A DNA stretch of 64,000 nt from Leucoraja ocellata (GCA_036785375.1 JAWMAR010000533.1:682001-746000); one strand, 5' to 3'; numbered from the stretch's first letter, positions 12,783-24,498 are shown. Program-made: numbers and translations. Notes: generated by a model from the sequence alone, not told the origin.

Positions 12783-12883
12783 CATCAGTCTGAAAAAGGG
12801 TTTTGACCAGAATCGTGACCCAATCCTTTCCTCCATAGATGCTGCCTCACCTGTTAAGTTACTCCAGCATTTTGTGTCTATCT
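12615..12883 (+). mobile_element. Penelope-like element 3' end (end of GIY-YIG ORF plus terminal repeat)
   Basis: ATGAATGGTGATTTCTCTAATTTC (MN.DFSNF, typical Penelope C-terminus), a pyrimidine-rich UTR, then a degenerate hammerhead at about 12788-12820. Confidence 0.7.
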
Positions 12884-13512
12884 TAAACTAAACTAATTAC
12901 TGTTTCAATTGTGGAAATAAATAATTTTCATGGAAGCAGAGTTCCTCCGTGTTCAAATTGCTAATGAGCTTCCATATGGCAACTGTTTCTATGTGAGAGA
13001 GATTTAACCATCTTGTCATGTTCAATATATGATGTTTACATATTTAGAAACAGCTTGAAGTAAGGTCCTTAATGCCAATGGCTATAACGTGATTAATTAA
13101 CGTGAAATTAGTTAGGTGAAATGTTAATTTTACAATCTTCAGTCAGTAATTATGCTAATCGCATTGAAAAGGTCACTGCATCCAGCTGGCATTCCCAATT
13201 TCTTTGCTTATCCCACACTATTTCAAAATTGTTTTTTTCTTTACCCAAATCTCCTGTGTGTTTTGTTGTAGCGGAGTTTAAAGCAAGGAGAGAAAAAAAA
13301 TGTAAAAAGGTTTTCATGAGGTTAGAAACCAAAAGAAAATTACAGATGCTGGAAAATCTGAAACAAAAATATTGAAAACCATAGGGACAATTTTAGCAAA
13401 ACAAATGGACTGCATTGTCAAAGAAGCTGGTTACTGTGTGCTACTATGCTTCAACCTGGAACATTGGCGGTAGTACTCAGAGCAGATGTGTTGATAATTG
13501 AAAAAGATAGAC

Positions 13513-13854
13513 AGTAACACTTGCATTCCCTCTCTCAATGCCCTTCCCCCACCATCATCGGCCTCCTAGTTTCGCTGTTTGCATCCATGTATCCCTTCGT
13601 TATTACCCTTTCCGCAGCCAACAATGGAACATTGTGGGCTCCACCTTTCCTTTCCTTTCGGTGCTAGCTCTGTTTTGTTCAGACCCTTTTCATACCTCTA
13701 GTTTCTCCATCCCCTGACCCTTCTGAAAAAGAGTCTCGACCCAAAACGTCACCTATTCCTGTTCTCCAGAGATGTTGCCCGACCCGTTGAGTTACTCCAG
13801 CATTTTGTGTCTATCTTCGGTGCAAACCAGCATCAGCAGTTCCTTCCTACACAT
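13513..13854 (+). mobile_element. Penelope-like 3' UTR/terminal repeat
   Basis: Pyrimidine-rich UTR, then CTGAAAAAGAGTCTCGACCCAAAACGTCACC (13723-13753) and the conserved GAGTTACTCCAGCATTTTGTGTC...GCAGTTCCTTCCTACACA end. Confidence 0.72.
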
Positions 13855-14129
13855 CTTGATCATTGAAACGTTGACTCTTATTTCCTGAGACAGAACCCCT
13901 ATTCTCCTGCCTTCTCCCCATAACCCCTGACACCCATACTAAACAAGAATCTGTCAATCTCCGTCTTACAATTATCCACAGACTGGGCCTCCACAGCCGT
14001 CTGTGGCAATGACTTCAACAGAATGGAATTAGTGTTTGGGGAAAGGATGAGCTGACAGGTTGTAGTCTGGCCTCTGAGGACTGTGCTTATCATACCATGA
14101 GTAGGCAGGCACCTTCTGTTTGATTCCAA

Positions 14130-14300
14130 CGATAATAAGGATCACCACTCCACTCTCAGCCCTCCAAGGAACTCGGCCTTATCTTTCTCTCTCGGGGATG
14201 ATTCACCACGATTAGATCTGGCAGATTTAAATGTCAGCTGGCTCTGGGACTCGAACCTGAGAGTTCTGAATGGTGATATGAAATCTCAGCCACCGAGCTC
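14130..14300 (-). mobile_element. Unclassified old tRNA-headed SINE-like sequence
   Basis: Minus strand AGCTCGGTGGC (A-box-like)...CAGGTTCGAGTCCC (B box). The body does not match the V-SINEs in this window. Confidence 0.4.
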
Positions 14301-14712
14301 TTCAGGCTGGTTTGGATCACAGCTGAGGAGCTCCTGCCAAAAGAACATGGGTAAAGCATGCCACGGTTTTCCTTTGATGTTTAAAAATTATGTTGATTTT
14401 CCCCAGACTTACCAAATTAAATTGACAGTAATTTGAAGATTTTCTCAGGTACCCAGGAGCTTTCCTTTAAATGTTAGGGCTGTTTAATAGTAAGATTAAA
14501 TGAGAACTTACCAGTTTGAAATTTGATCTGTATTTTATGAGGAGTTATGATGAGGGATTACGTGAAGAACCCGCTCAACACGCATGCGCGGCATACTTCA
14601 AAGCAGCGGTATGGAACCACAGATAGACACAGTTATTGAAGTAAACATAGTAAAGATAAGGAGACATCAGTTTATGAATTTGACCCATATTATTGACGGT
14701 GGGAGCCGAGGG

Positions 14713-14825
14713 CACGTAATCCCTCATCGTAACTCCTCATAAAATACAGATCAAACTTCAAACTGGTAAGTTCTCGTTTAATCTTACTATTTTACTTCGG
14801 AGTCACGTGAGTGATTCCGTGAAGA
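14713..14825. repeat. DIRS internal complementary region (ICR)
   Basis: 14713-14791 is the reverse complement of the left terminus 14486-14564. 14793-14825 is the reverse complement of the right terminus 19322-19354. Confidence 0.93.
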
Positions 14826-14905
14826 TTTCAAAGCTCTGTGATTTCAAACCGTGTAACAGTTATTACTACATCACTGCCGAAGTCTTTGAGGGAGGAAGTG
14901 TGTTA

Positions 14906-15972
14906 TCATACCAACCAATTAATCTGTTTGTAGAAAACACAATGGTATTTTTTAACAATAACAGCAATTAAATTAAATTGCTCCCCTGGGCTTAAATTAA
15001 ATATTTGCAGTCTGTAGAAGCTTTCCTGCAAATAAAACAGGTTTTGCCAACGGCTTATTATAAAATTTCTGAACGGTCTTTCCCCCCACCATCCTGCTGT
15101 AGCCAGGATGTGGTTTATAGGCACGTCCATTCTTTTAGCCGTCGACGTGGATGCTGCCCTGGTGGAATGAAATTTGTACATGTTAGTTTTTATCCCAGCA
15201 GCTTTTAGCACCTGCTTGAGCCATCTCGAAATGGCTCGTCACCCGACCATAAGGTTTTTTATGACTGACCCACAAGGCTTTTCATCTCCCTCGAGTATTT
15301 TGGTTGTGTCTATGTAGTATAGTAGGGTCATGGCACATAACCGTGTTTCTGACGGGTAAGCCCGGAATTCCACGACTGGATTAGGTGTTCCTGGTCTGCT
15401 CTGTTTGATCATTCCCTGGATAACGACAGAGATCTGGTCTGGAACTGTGAGCATGCTGTCCAGTCGCAATAGGTGTAGTGACTGGACCCTCTGTGCAGAT
15501 ACAAGTGCCATCAACATGAGTGTTTTGAGCATAGATGGTTCCAGGTTGAGGGATCTGGATGGTGGCCATCCCCTGAGGTATGTCAGGACCACACTGACAT
15601 CCCATATATGGGTGTACCTTGGTCTAAGGGGTTAGAGTTGTAAATACCCTTCATTAGTTTGACCACCAGCTGGTGGGACCCCATGGCCTGTTGTCCTGGA
15701 GCTGGTTTTAAATAGACAGGCAGGGCAATTCTAGCTGTGTTGATGGCTCTGTAGCTGAGTCCTTCATAGTGGTGAAGGTTCACCAGGAATTCCAGTACGT
15801 TGGTAACTGTAGCGGTTGAGTAGGTGGTCCCTGTATCCAAGCAGTACTTCTCCCATTTTTTGATGCTGGACAAGTGTTGTTTTTTAGTGGATGTTCGGAG
15901 GGATGCTGACATGGTGTCGACGGTTTGTTGTGATATTCCCAGTCCCAGAAGTGGTTTGTGCAGAATATGCAA
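14906..15972 (-). pseudogene. DIRS tyrosine recombinase (three frameshifted pieces)
   Basis: ORF 15583..15972 (SLRTSTKKQH..KWEKYC, NTARIAL, LMKGIYNSNP), ORF 15239..15592 (LKTLMLMALVSAQRVQSL, catalytic R) and ORF 14906..15211 (FHSTRAAST HxxR motif, ILATAGW). Confidence 0.9.
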
Positions 15973-15990
15973 CCCAGGAGTTTGATTTTT

Positions 15991-16530
15991 TCATGGCACA
16001 GGTGGCTTGTGCCCGACACTGGGCATTAATAACTCTGGGTCACTGGGGAATACCATCGGAGTTTCAACAACCATGTCATGGAGTATTGGGAACCATGGCT
16101 GCGTAGGCCAGTCGGGTACTATCAAAATACCTGAAGCAGAGTCCATTTGTACTGTGCGTAGTCCCCGACTGATGAGGCAGAAGGGAGGAAACGCGTACAA
16201 GAAGAATTTCCCCAATCCAGCGCGAACGCATCTACCGCTGCTGCCTCAGGGTCTGGTTCCCAAGCGACATACATAGGTACCTGGTGATTTAGCCTTGATG
16301 CAAATAAATCGATATCTGGCGTGCCATATTGCTTGATAACTTTTGTGAAAATTTTTGGGGGTTTTTAACATCCATTCGATGTTGTCATTAAATTTACATG
16401 ACCTGGTGTCTGCCACTGTATTTAGCTTACCTGGCAGGTAAGTTACTGATAGCCAAATGTGTCTTTGGACACACCATTGCCAAATTGTGTTGACCAACTT
16501 GTCACATGATACCGATTTTATGCCGCCCAT
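15991..16530 (-). pseudogene. DIRS RNase H C-terminus plus N6-adenine-methyltransferase-like (MT) domain
   Basis: WQWCVQRHIWLSVTYLPGKLNTVAD (RNase H end), then PDIDLFASRLN at about 16288-16320 and YAFPPF...ILIVPDWPTQPWFP (ORF 15991..16215). These motifs are typical of the DIRS1 MT domain. Confidence 0.85.
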
Positions 16531-16689
16531 ATAGTTAATGTAGTATTATTTATTTATAACCGTACATGCAAGTGATGCATATTTACGCATATGCTTTTAA
16601 ACCATAAAAGTCACCCAACATCTCTAGATAATTAATGCCCAGTGTAAGTGGTAACGATGATTCTGGGTTAGTCCATCTACTACTTGTGC

Positions 16690-17670
16690 TGGATATAGAG
16701 TTAGTTGCTCCCCAGCCTTGAGCACTGGCATCTGTTTGGATAACTGACGTAGGGTTAGAGATGATAATAGGCTGAAACTATGTCAAACGTTTTTTTCCCA
16801 CCACTGTAGTTCTGATATTACTTCAGTGGGTAACTTCATGAAACGATCATAGTGACCTGTATGTCGTTTTTGGTACAAAGGTCCGAATTATGTAGCTGGA
16901 AATGCTGCTACCATTTTCCCAACTACTCTGTTACTTGTCGAGTAGTTGGTAGTTTGTTGACCATTAAATTGTTGCACGATTGTGCCAATTCAACTAATTT
17001 GTCTCTTGGCAATGTTACAGTCACGTAGACTGAATTAATTGTGAAGCCCAAGCAGTCCATGATAGTGGATGGCTTCAACTTAGATTTATCTGGATGTAAG
17101 ACAACCCCAGGGTTTCGAATAACTGTTTGGTAGCTGAACAGCTAACATGGTCAATTTCATGGTCTTGCCTACCATTTAGGATATCATCAAGATATGCCAT
17201 GACAATATGTTTTTATCTTCTGAATATTGCCAGAGCTGGTTTTAGTGTCTTGGTGACACTCTTGGCTGATGTGAACCCATTGGGTAACGCTTTAAACTGC
17301 TATAGCTGCCCCATCCAGGTAAATTTCAGATATCTGCGATGATCCTTGTGAATGGTACTAAATAGAAAACACCTTTAAGATAAATGCTTGCCATGAAGTA
17401 TCCTTTGGAATTTAGGTGTTTGGCAGTAACAACCGGTTCCATTTTGAAATGTATATACTTAACAAACATATTTAGTGAAGTTAAGTCAATGATGATGCGA
17501 CATCCACCATCTTTTTTGGGTTTAGTTAATATATTTGATACGAATTGCAAGGGTTCAGGTTTTCCCATGATACCCTTTGTAATTATTCTCACCAGTTCAG
17601 CTTGTCCCTCTTGTTTCTTTAATGGAGAGGGGAAAAATACCCTCTGGGGCGAATGTTGACCTGGTGGCAA
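16690..17670 (-). pseudogene. DIRS reverse transcriptase / RNase H N-terminal part (disrupted)
   Basis: ORF 17326..17670 contains FVSNILTKPKKDGGCRIIIDLTSLN...HFKME. YLDD reads on the minus strand at 17183-17194. RNase H motif IQTDASAQGWGA lies at about 16706-16742. Several frameshifts. Confidence 0.9.
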
Positions 17671-18570
17671 TTTTTTGAGTATGAATTGTATTTGTATTCA
17701 CTAATGCCATTAAGTATATACTGATCACTCGTGATAGACTCCCATGTGTTAGTATTACTCTATATACTGGTAGGAACCAGACCCACATCCTCCATGGTTA
17801 TGGGTATTCTTCTGTTTCCTGCCGGTCCAACGGATGTTGCACGTCGCCTGACGTAGCGGAGACGTGGGGGGTGGCACATTTTCCATGGGGTCCGCTCTGG
17901 GCCCTGGTCTAAAGAAGACTTTCGGTGATAGAATGCGGACCCCGAGCTTTCATCAGTCCGATATGGTAGACTTTGACTGATGGACGCGATGGGGTGCTGC
18001 TGCGTAGGAATTACTGTTTTTGGTTTGCTTGTCCCGGCCCTGCCCTCATGAGCTGAAAGTTTTGTAAACCTCTTGCATGTCCTTCATATGCTTTGTGAGG
18101 TTTTTGCCAAATAGCAGTGGGTCTGACTCAGTTGCTGGGGTATGCACAATCCTGCAATGTAGGATTTATGGCAGGTCTTATGACTTGTTTACGAAGGTTG
18201 TGGTCATCTCCGTATTTGTCCATGGAACGAGGAGAAATGTGATGGCTGTCGTCAGGCTTTTAACGCCTCCTGCACATGGGGTTTCCCTGTAGCTGTCCAC
18301 CACACCTAGCAGCTCTTCCTGTTCCTGCACTCCTTGCATACTCCCGAGATCTTCAGCCATTGCCCCTGTTCTTGACCAGCCCAGTCCTGGTCACCAAAGC
18401 TATCCTCTGGAAAGGAGGAAGCAATGGACAGTGCACAAGGCACTGTGGAGGGAGTGCCTGACCCCCTCTGCGAGAGCACCCCTCCTGGGGTGCACCTCGC
18501 TGGAGCTCCTGCTCCAAGAGCCGCTCCATGCGGCTCAGGCAGCTGCCTCTCCCCCGCCTGGGTGGAGAGA

Positions 18571-19160
18571 CGTCCCCGTCCGATAAGTCGGAGCCACCGG
18601 CCGGACGCCTCTTCCATGGCTTTACATCCAGACCCCTGCTCAGGCGCTAGCGGGCTCGGGTCGCCGCGGTGTCGGGGTATAGCGGACCGCCTGGTAAGCG
18701 GTCCTACCGCCTTGTTGCTGCCCCCGCGAGATGGAACGCTCCTCCGTGGAGTCGAGCGGGGTAGGTCTGTTCAGGCGGCTGTCTTTCCTCCCGTGCGGGT
18801 GGAAAGAAGTCCCGTCCGATAAGTCGGAGCCACCGGCTGGATGCCTCTTCCGTGGCGGTACTTCCAGCCCGTTGCTCAGGCGTAGCGGGGCTGGGCTCGG
18901 CACGGTGTCGGGATAGCGGAGCGCCGGGTAAGTGATCCTACCGCCTTGTTGCTGCCCCCCCCCCCCCCCAGATGGAACACTCCTCCGTGGAGTCGAGCGG
19001 GGACAGGTCTATTCTGTTGCTGCCGCCCCCCCCCCCCCCCCCCCCCCAGATGGAACGCTCCTCCGTGGAGTCGAGCGGGGACAGGTCTATTCTGTTGCTG
19101 CCCCCCCCCCAGATAGAACGCTCCTCCGTGGAGTCGAGCGGGGGACAGGTTTGTTGCAGA
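18571..19160. repeat. GC/CpG-rich tandem duplications in the DIRS 5' (gag-like) region
   Basis: A unit of about 240 bp is duplicated (starts near 18571 and 18809). The core CCCAGATGGAACGCTCCTCCGTGGAGTCGAGCGGG recurs about 4 times (near 18725, 18966, 19045, 19107), separated by poly-C of variable length. Confidence 0.85.
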
Positions 19161-19637
19161 GCCTTTCTTCTCTGCCGGACAGCAGAAGGCTCCCTGTGAA
19201 GGAAACCGACGTCAGCTTACCTGACGGTCTGTTCTTTCACCTCCATAGCGGGAGCACCTGACTCCCGCTGTGCCGCTGTTGCTCTGCTGGACGTTATGCC
19301 GCGCATGCGTGCTGAGCGGGTTCTTCACGGAATCACTCACGTGACTCCGAAGTATAATCACTGGTGTGCTTTCATGTTTATATGTCATCAAAATCTTTCA
19401 TTGATTCTCAGTTGCATCCAGGTAAATTGCAACTCCAAAGTTTTGCTGTTCAGCCCATCATTCATACATCGGCTCTTTGGAAGCATTATCCAGTTAGGAA
19501 CATCCTGTACTCTATTCCCAAAGTGCTGCAACATTTAATATTCCTGAATACGGTTCAAATGATATTGAAAAGTTGAGATACAAAGATCTGCAGATAATGG
19601 AATCTTGAGCAAAACAGAAAGTGATGGAGGTAGTAAG

Positions 19638-19946
19638 TGGCTCAGTGGTAGAGCTGCTGCATTACAGCGCCAGAGACCCAGGTTCGATCCTGACTATGGG
19701 TGCTGTCAGTATGGAGTTTGTCCATTCTCTCTGTGACCACGTAGGTTTCCTCTGGGTGCTCCGGTTTCCTCCCTCACACCAAAGATGTGCAGGTTTGTAG
19801 ATTAATTGGCCTCTGTAAATTGCCCCTAGTATGTAGGATGCAAAAATTGGATAACATGGAACTAGTGTGAACAGGTGATCGATGGTCGGCGTGGACTCTG
19901 TGGGGCCTGTTTCCACGATGTATCTCCAAACTAACCTAAGCTAAAC
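19638..19946 (+). mobile_element. V-SINE
   Basis: TGGCTCAGTGG A box, GGTTCGATCC B box, V-domain and tail. Confidence 0.88.
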
Positions 19947-20352
19947 TCACCGTGTCCAGCAATAACTGTAGAGGGAATGGAATGATGATTCTTTGGGTTG
20001 GGACCCATTTTCAGACTCAAAGTGGGGAGAAAAAGATCTCAAAACTCTTGTTGGCGAGAGAAGAAGAACGTCTTCAAAGTAGGCATACATTGAGGAGATT
20101 TCATAATGAAGCAGTAAAATTGAGACACATGTAACTGAAGATGTTAGAAACTTTAGCAAAACACAAAGTGCTGGAGGGACACAACGGGTCAGGTAGCATC
20201 TCTAGAGGCCTGAGGAAGGGTCACAATCTGAAACTTAGAAACATAGAAAATAGGAGCAGTAATAGATCAATGCTGATCATCTAAAATCAGTACCCCCTTC
20301 CTGCTTTTTACCCATATCCCATGATTCTGTTAGCCCTAAGAGCTAAATCTAA

Positions 20353-21096
20353 AATGGCTTTTCAGCGACTGTCTTCGACCTTCAAGCTCGAGGGCACTCG
20401 CCTGAAAAACCTCGAACTGGATCGACCGTCAGCAATGAAACTGCGAGNNNNNNNNNNNNNNNNNNNNNNNNNNNNNNNNNNNNNNNNNNNNNNNNNNNNN
20501 NNNNNNNNNNNNNNNNNNNNNNNNNNNNNNNNNNNNNNNNNNNNNNNNNNNNNNNNNNNNNNNNNNNNNNNNNNNNNNNNNNNNNNNNNNNNNNNNNNNN
20601 NNNNNNNNNNNNNNNNNNNNNNNNNNNNNNNNNNCAAAGGCGGGGGCCAGGGAAAGCGGGGGAGCGATGTCTGAAATTCACACCCACGATGAACAGGAAG
20701 GTAAAAGACGGCTGGCACAGTTACAGTAAGTCCTTTAGAGAGCGTGTGGGGGGGGGGTTAAATGCCCACTAAAGCTTTACCTTCGACTACCTTTGATTAC
20801 CTTTGATTACCTATGAATAACATGCCGACCTACCACTACCTACCTCGATTAAACCTACAAATAAAAAAATAGCGATTTTTTCCATGGCGAGCCTTTTTTC
20901 ACTCGCGGGCATTTTTCAACATGTTGAAAAATATACCGCAACCTAGCTGAGTCCTCGAGTACGCGGGGACTACTCTCAAGCATGAAGGAGAGTTACAAAG
21001 ACCTCCTAGGACCTCGAGTCGACCATGCTGCGAGTATGAGTCAAGGGCAAACTCTTCTAAACTCACCAATTAGGTCGTCGCAGTGGGACAGGCCCT
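20353..21096. mobile_element. Harbinger-type MITE (contains an N-gap, left TIR missing) inserted in a CR1 3' end
   Basis: Right TIR AGTGGGACAGGCCCT. The host CR1 sequence GCTAAATC-TAA|...|TAA-CTCTCTCTTG is split at a TAA duplication. Confidence 0.8.
20448..20634. other. Assembly gap (187 N)
   Basis: Run of N. Confidence 1.
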
Positions 21097-21720
21097 TAAC
21101 TCTCTCTTGAAAAAACTCTAGCAGCAAATATTGAGGATGCCATATTGTCTAGGTTTTACTGTGCTTTGTGGTTAAGCATATGAACTACGTATACAGCGGG
21201 AAGGCCATGAGAAGATAATTGTCTTCCACCGGGTAATCATAGTCCAACATCTGTTGTTCTCTTGAACACTTTGCCGTACCTGTTAACAATAATTGAAATT
21301 ATGTTGGTATTAATACCAGTTTGTTTCAGAACTGTTTAAGACTATTTTATTTTATTGTCTTACCACTGTGACTATCTTAACAATCTGTAGTTCTGCTTGC
21401 TGGAGGCACTTTCTCAAGTTTTCTGTGCTTTCTGCTCTATCAGTTCTGCATACGAATCAGTAGGTCTGTGCAGGATAATTCAAACCACCAAACCCTTGAG
21501 GCAGTGCAGAAGGAAGTGACAAGGCTGCAATGTGGAATGACTGCAATAAGGTCTTCCAATGTAGCTTCTCCCTCAGACTTTGTTGCTCTCCAAGCTACCT
21601 TAAATTGGCCAAAAGAATGCTTCACAATGAATTGATGGAAATATGGAACACTGCTAAAATCCCGTGTGCTTCGAAGTGTTCTGGACAAAATGAACTCATG
21701 TGCAACTTATAAAGGAGAGA

Positions 21721-21990
21721 CGTTATCAGGTTCATCCTACCAACAACTAGAGAGCAGTCCTGAGCTACTATCTATCTCATTGGAGGCAGTCGCACTATCG
21801 TTGATCGGACTTTACTGGACTTTATCTTGCACTGAACGTTATTCACATGGTTCCTGTTATCCTGTATCTGTACAGTGTGGATGGCTCGATTGTAATCATG
21901 TATTGTCCTTCTGCTGACTGGTTAGCATGGAACAAAAGCTTTTCTTATTGTCATGTGTACCCCGGTACACATGACAATAAACTAAACTCA
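21721..21990 (+). mobile_element. LINE (Rex1-like) 3'-UTR repeat, copy 1
   Basis: Same sequence as 24235-24498, 37535-37720 and 32895-33075 (minus). Ends TGACAATAAACTAAACT. Confidence 0.75.
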
Positions 21991-23577
21991 TACACTCATG
22001 AGGGTAATCAAAATCAGATCACTGATTATGATCATGGAAGGGTGGCAACAATCAAATGCTGGAATTTCAGAAGAAGCTGGATCCTTCTATGTGGAAGAAT
22101 GAGGAAAAATAATTGTATGTAGGAGGTGAGGTGTAATCTTCTTCTGAATGCTATCTGGTTGATGGGAAATGCCCATTCTCAAAGGCTCACCACAAAATAC
22201 GGGCTATCTGAGCTATACAGACTACAAGGCCAACATTTCAATCCCTAGTCTGAATCTTGAATTGAATTGATTGAATACTTTATTGTGACATGTCACAAGT
22301 CACAGTGAAATTCTTTGCTGGAATACCCAAGGTTTGCAAATAGTTGCCACGTAAAGGGCGCTGACAAAGTTACAACGTATCCCGTGCCAGGTCCTCCTTT
22401 GTTCTCCCCCCCCCCCCCCCCCCCCCACCCCACTCACAGTGGTTCCCCTTTGCTTTAGGTCCACCTTTGTTCACCTCCCCCCCCCCCCACCTCACGGCGG
22501 GCCATCCATTGTTCTACCCCCTTTGCAATTCTTTGCCATAGAAGGCTGTGGAGGCCGTCAAATGATATTTTTAAAGGCAGAGATAGATAGGACAATTGGA
22601 CATTTCTTCCAGTGATATAATAATAACTCTATTGATCAACTGACCCAGTTAGGAATGAAAACATTTGTTTTTATGTTCCATCTGTGTATTAATTAACAGC
22701 TGTATATAATCTCAAACATGTCAATAAATGTGCAAAATTACACACTCTTAGCTGATGCTTCTCAAAGTCAACTTTCATGGTCAAACAAATCGAGCAATTT
22801 AGAAACTTCAATGAGATATTGCTGCATCGTGCAACCCAGGGTGTGAAATTGTCATCGACAATGCATGAGATGAGGTTTAAATTGGTGGTAATTCTCCTCA
22901 TGGTACTCAACCCCAACAGTCATAGTCTCTGATCAATGCTAACAAGAGAATTGAAGAGGTCCTGCCTTGCACACCTTATGAAGAGATTGGAGGCAGCAAC
23001 ATTCACACATGACAGATAGAATTGCTGATTTAGTTTGAAGTAAAACCGAAATGTAATGTTATATTGATATAAACTAATTTCATTGTAAGGCTTGAATGAA
23101 GCTGCTTGAGAGCTTTAATTTTGTACTGACCACTTGTAATTGCAAATCCACAAATAGACAGATCATTTTTGGGAAACGATGAGATCAGCTTGTTGAAGTG
23201 GTTATTTATCAGATGAGTGCCTCATTAGGCTGGCAGCACAGCGTAGCAAAGCCAGCCTGGGTCAGGATGCTGGGAAGTGTTATAAATCGGAGAATGTTTC
23301 CAGTTAAGTGCATTGTGCTGTTCAGATGGGAGTTAAAGATTCACATCACTCTTAGGATGCCGAAATTTATATTTAAAAAAAAAGAATGTACTGGAAACAT
23401 TCAGTCGGTCAGACAGCACTTTAAGAAGAGAGAAACAGGTTTAACATTTCAGACCAATAACCCTTCAATAACCAACGGTCAATAGTCAATCGTGCTCTTA
23501 TTGTCACATATGTTAATTGTTAATTCAGTGAAATTAACTTTCTCAGAATTAGTCCAGAAGACTATCACCATACCCCA

Positions 23578-23752
23578 GGTGATGTATTCAAAAGCGAGTT
23601 GGATATAGCAATGGAATCAAGGGATATGGGGAAAAAGAAGTAATGGAGCTACTGGTTTTGGATGATCAGCCATGATCATATTGAATGGTGGTGCTGGCTT
23701 GAAGGGCCGAATGACCTACTGCACCTATTTTTGATGTTTCTATGTTTCTATG
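23578..23752 (+). mobile_element. CR1 3' end
   Basis: Same UTR and tail as 407-584. Confidence 0.83.
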
Positions 23753-24234
23753 TCCCCAATTAGCAAGTGCACAGGAATAATCTACTGAGTTGCTTGCAGG
23801 AAACGCCATCTTTTGGGACCATGTTCAAAGTCCACGCTCTTGTTCTTATATGCGGTGCCTAAATCAGGCAAGTCCCAGCCTGTTGTGGGCCTCTGGCTAC
23901 CTCCTTCCTTGGACGCTACGTCCCACATCGTCAGAAATTGCCATTCCTTGACATTCCTTTACCTGTAATGTTACCTTTGTTTCCCTCACATTGCAAAATC
24001 TTAATTTGTGTGTACACAAAAATGCTGGAGAAACTCAGTGGGTGCAGCAGCATCTATGGAGCGAAGGAGATAGGCAACGTTTCGGGCTGAAACCCTTCTT
24101 CTTAATTTGTGTGTATTGAGATAATTCTTTGTTTGCCTGCCTTGGGTTGCTTGACAGCAGGTGACTAGCTGGAGAGATCTGGAGGAGTAAAATAAAGATG
24201 GCCATACCCAGACAAACAGCACACGTCTCCATTG

Positions 24235-24498
24235 ATGTTATCAGGCAACTGAACCATCGTGCCAACAACTAGAGTTCAGTTCTGAACTACTATCTACCTC
24301 ATTGGAGACCCTCGGACTATCTTTGACTGGACTCCACTGGCTTTATCGTGCACTAAATGTTATTCTCAATATTCCCTTTGTCATGTATCTGTACACCGTG
24401 GATGGCTCAAATGCGGTCATGTGTTGTCTTTCCGCTGACTAGTTAGCATGCAACAAAAGGCTTTTCACTGTACCTCTGTGCACGTGACAATAAACTAA
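24235..24498 (+). mobile_element. LINE (Rex1-like) 3'-UTR repeat, copy 2
   Basis: GTTATCAGGCAACTGAACCATC...GCTTTTCACTGTACC..GTGACAATAAACTAA. Confidence 0.75.

Larger units (their letters stand above)
14486..19354 (-). mobile_element. Full-length DIRS1-like tyrosine-recombinase retrotransposon (about 4.87 kb, frameshifted)
   Basis: Minus-strand domain order is gag-like, RT, RNase H, MT-like, YR. Terminal inverted repeats pair 14561-14595 with 19295-19329. The internal complementary region 14713-14825 is complementary to both termini (14486-14564 and 19322-19354). Confidence 0.95.

Noticed and set aside
14906-16330. Prophage integrase plus Dam methylase (bacterial contamination)
   Set aside because: Both domains lie within the RT/RNase H-containing DIRS element bounded by ITR and ICR, embedded in vertebrate repeats.
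18713-19160. CRISPR-like repeat-spacer array
   Set aside because: The spacers are poly-C and repeated sequence rather than unique. It lies inside a eukaryotic DIRS element and no cas genes are present.
20321-20718. ORFs spanning the N-gap (also 58304-58813)
   Set aside because: They are artefacts of translating N as X.
21434-21715. Protein-coding exon after a polypyrimidine/AG acceptor
   Set aside because: The open frames give no recognisable protein and no convincing donor or partner exon was found.
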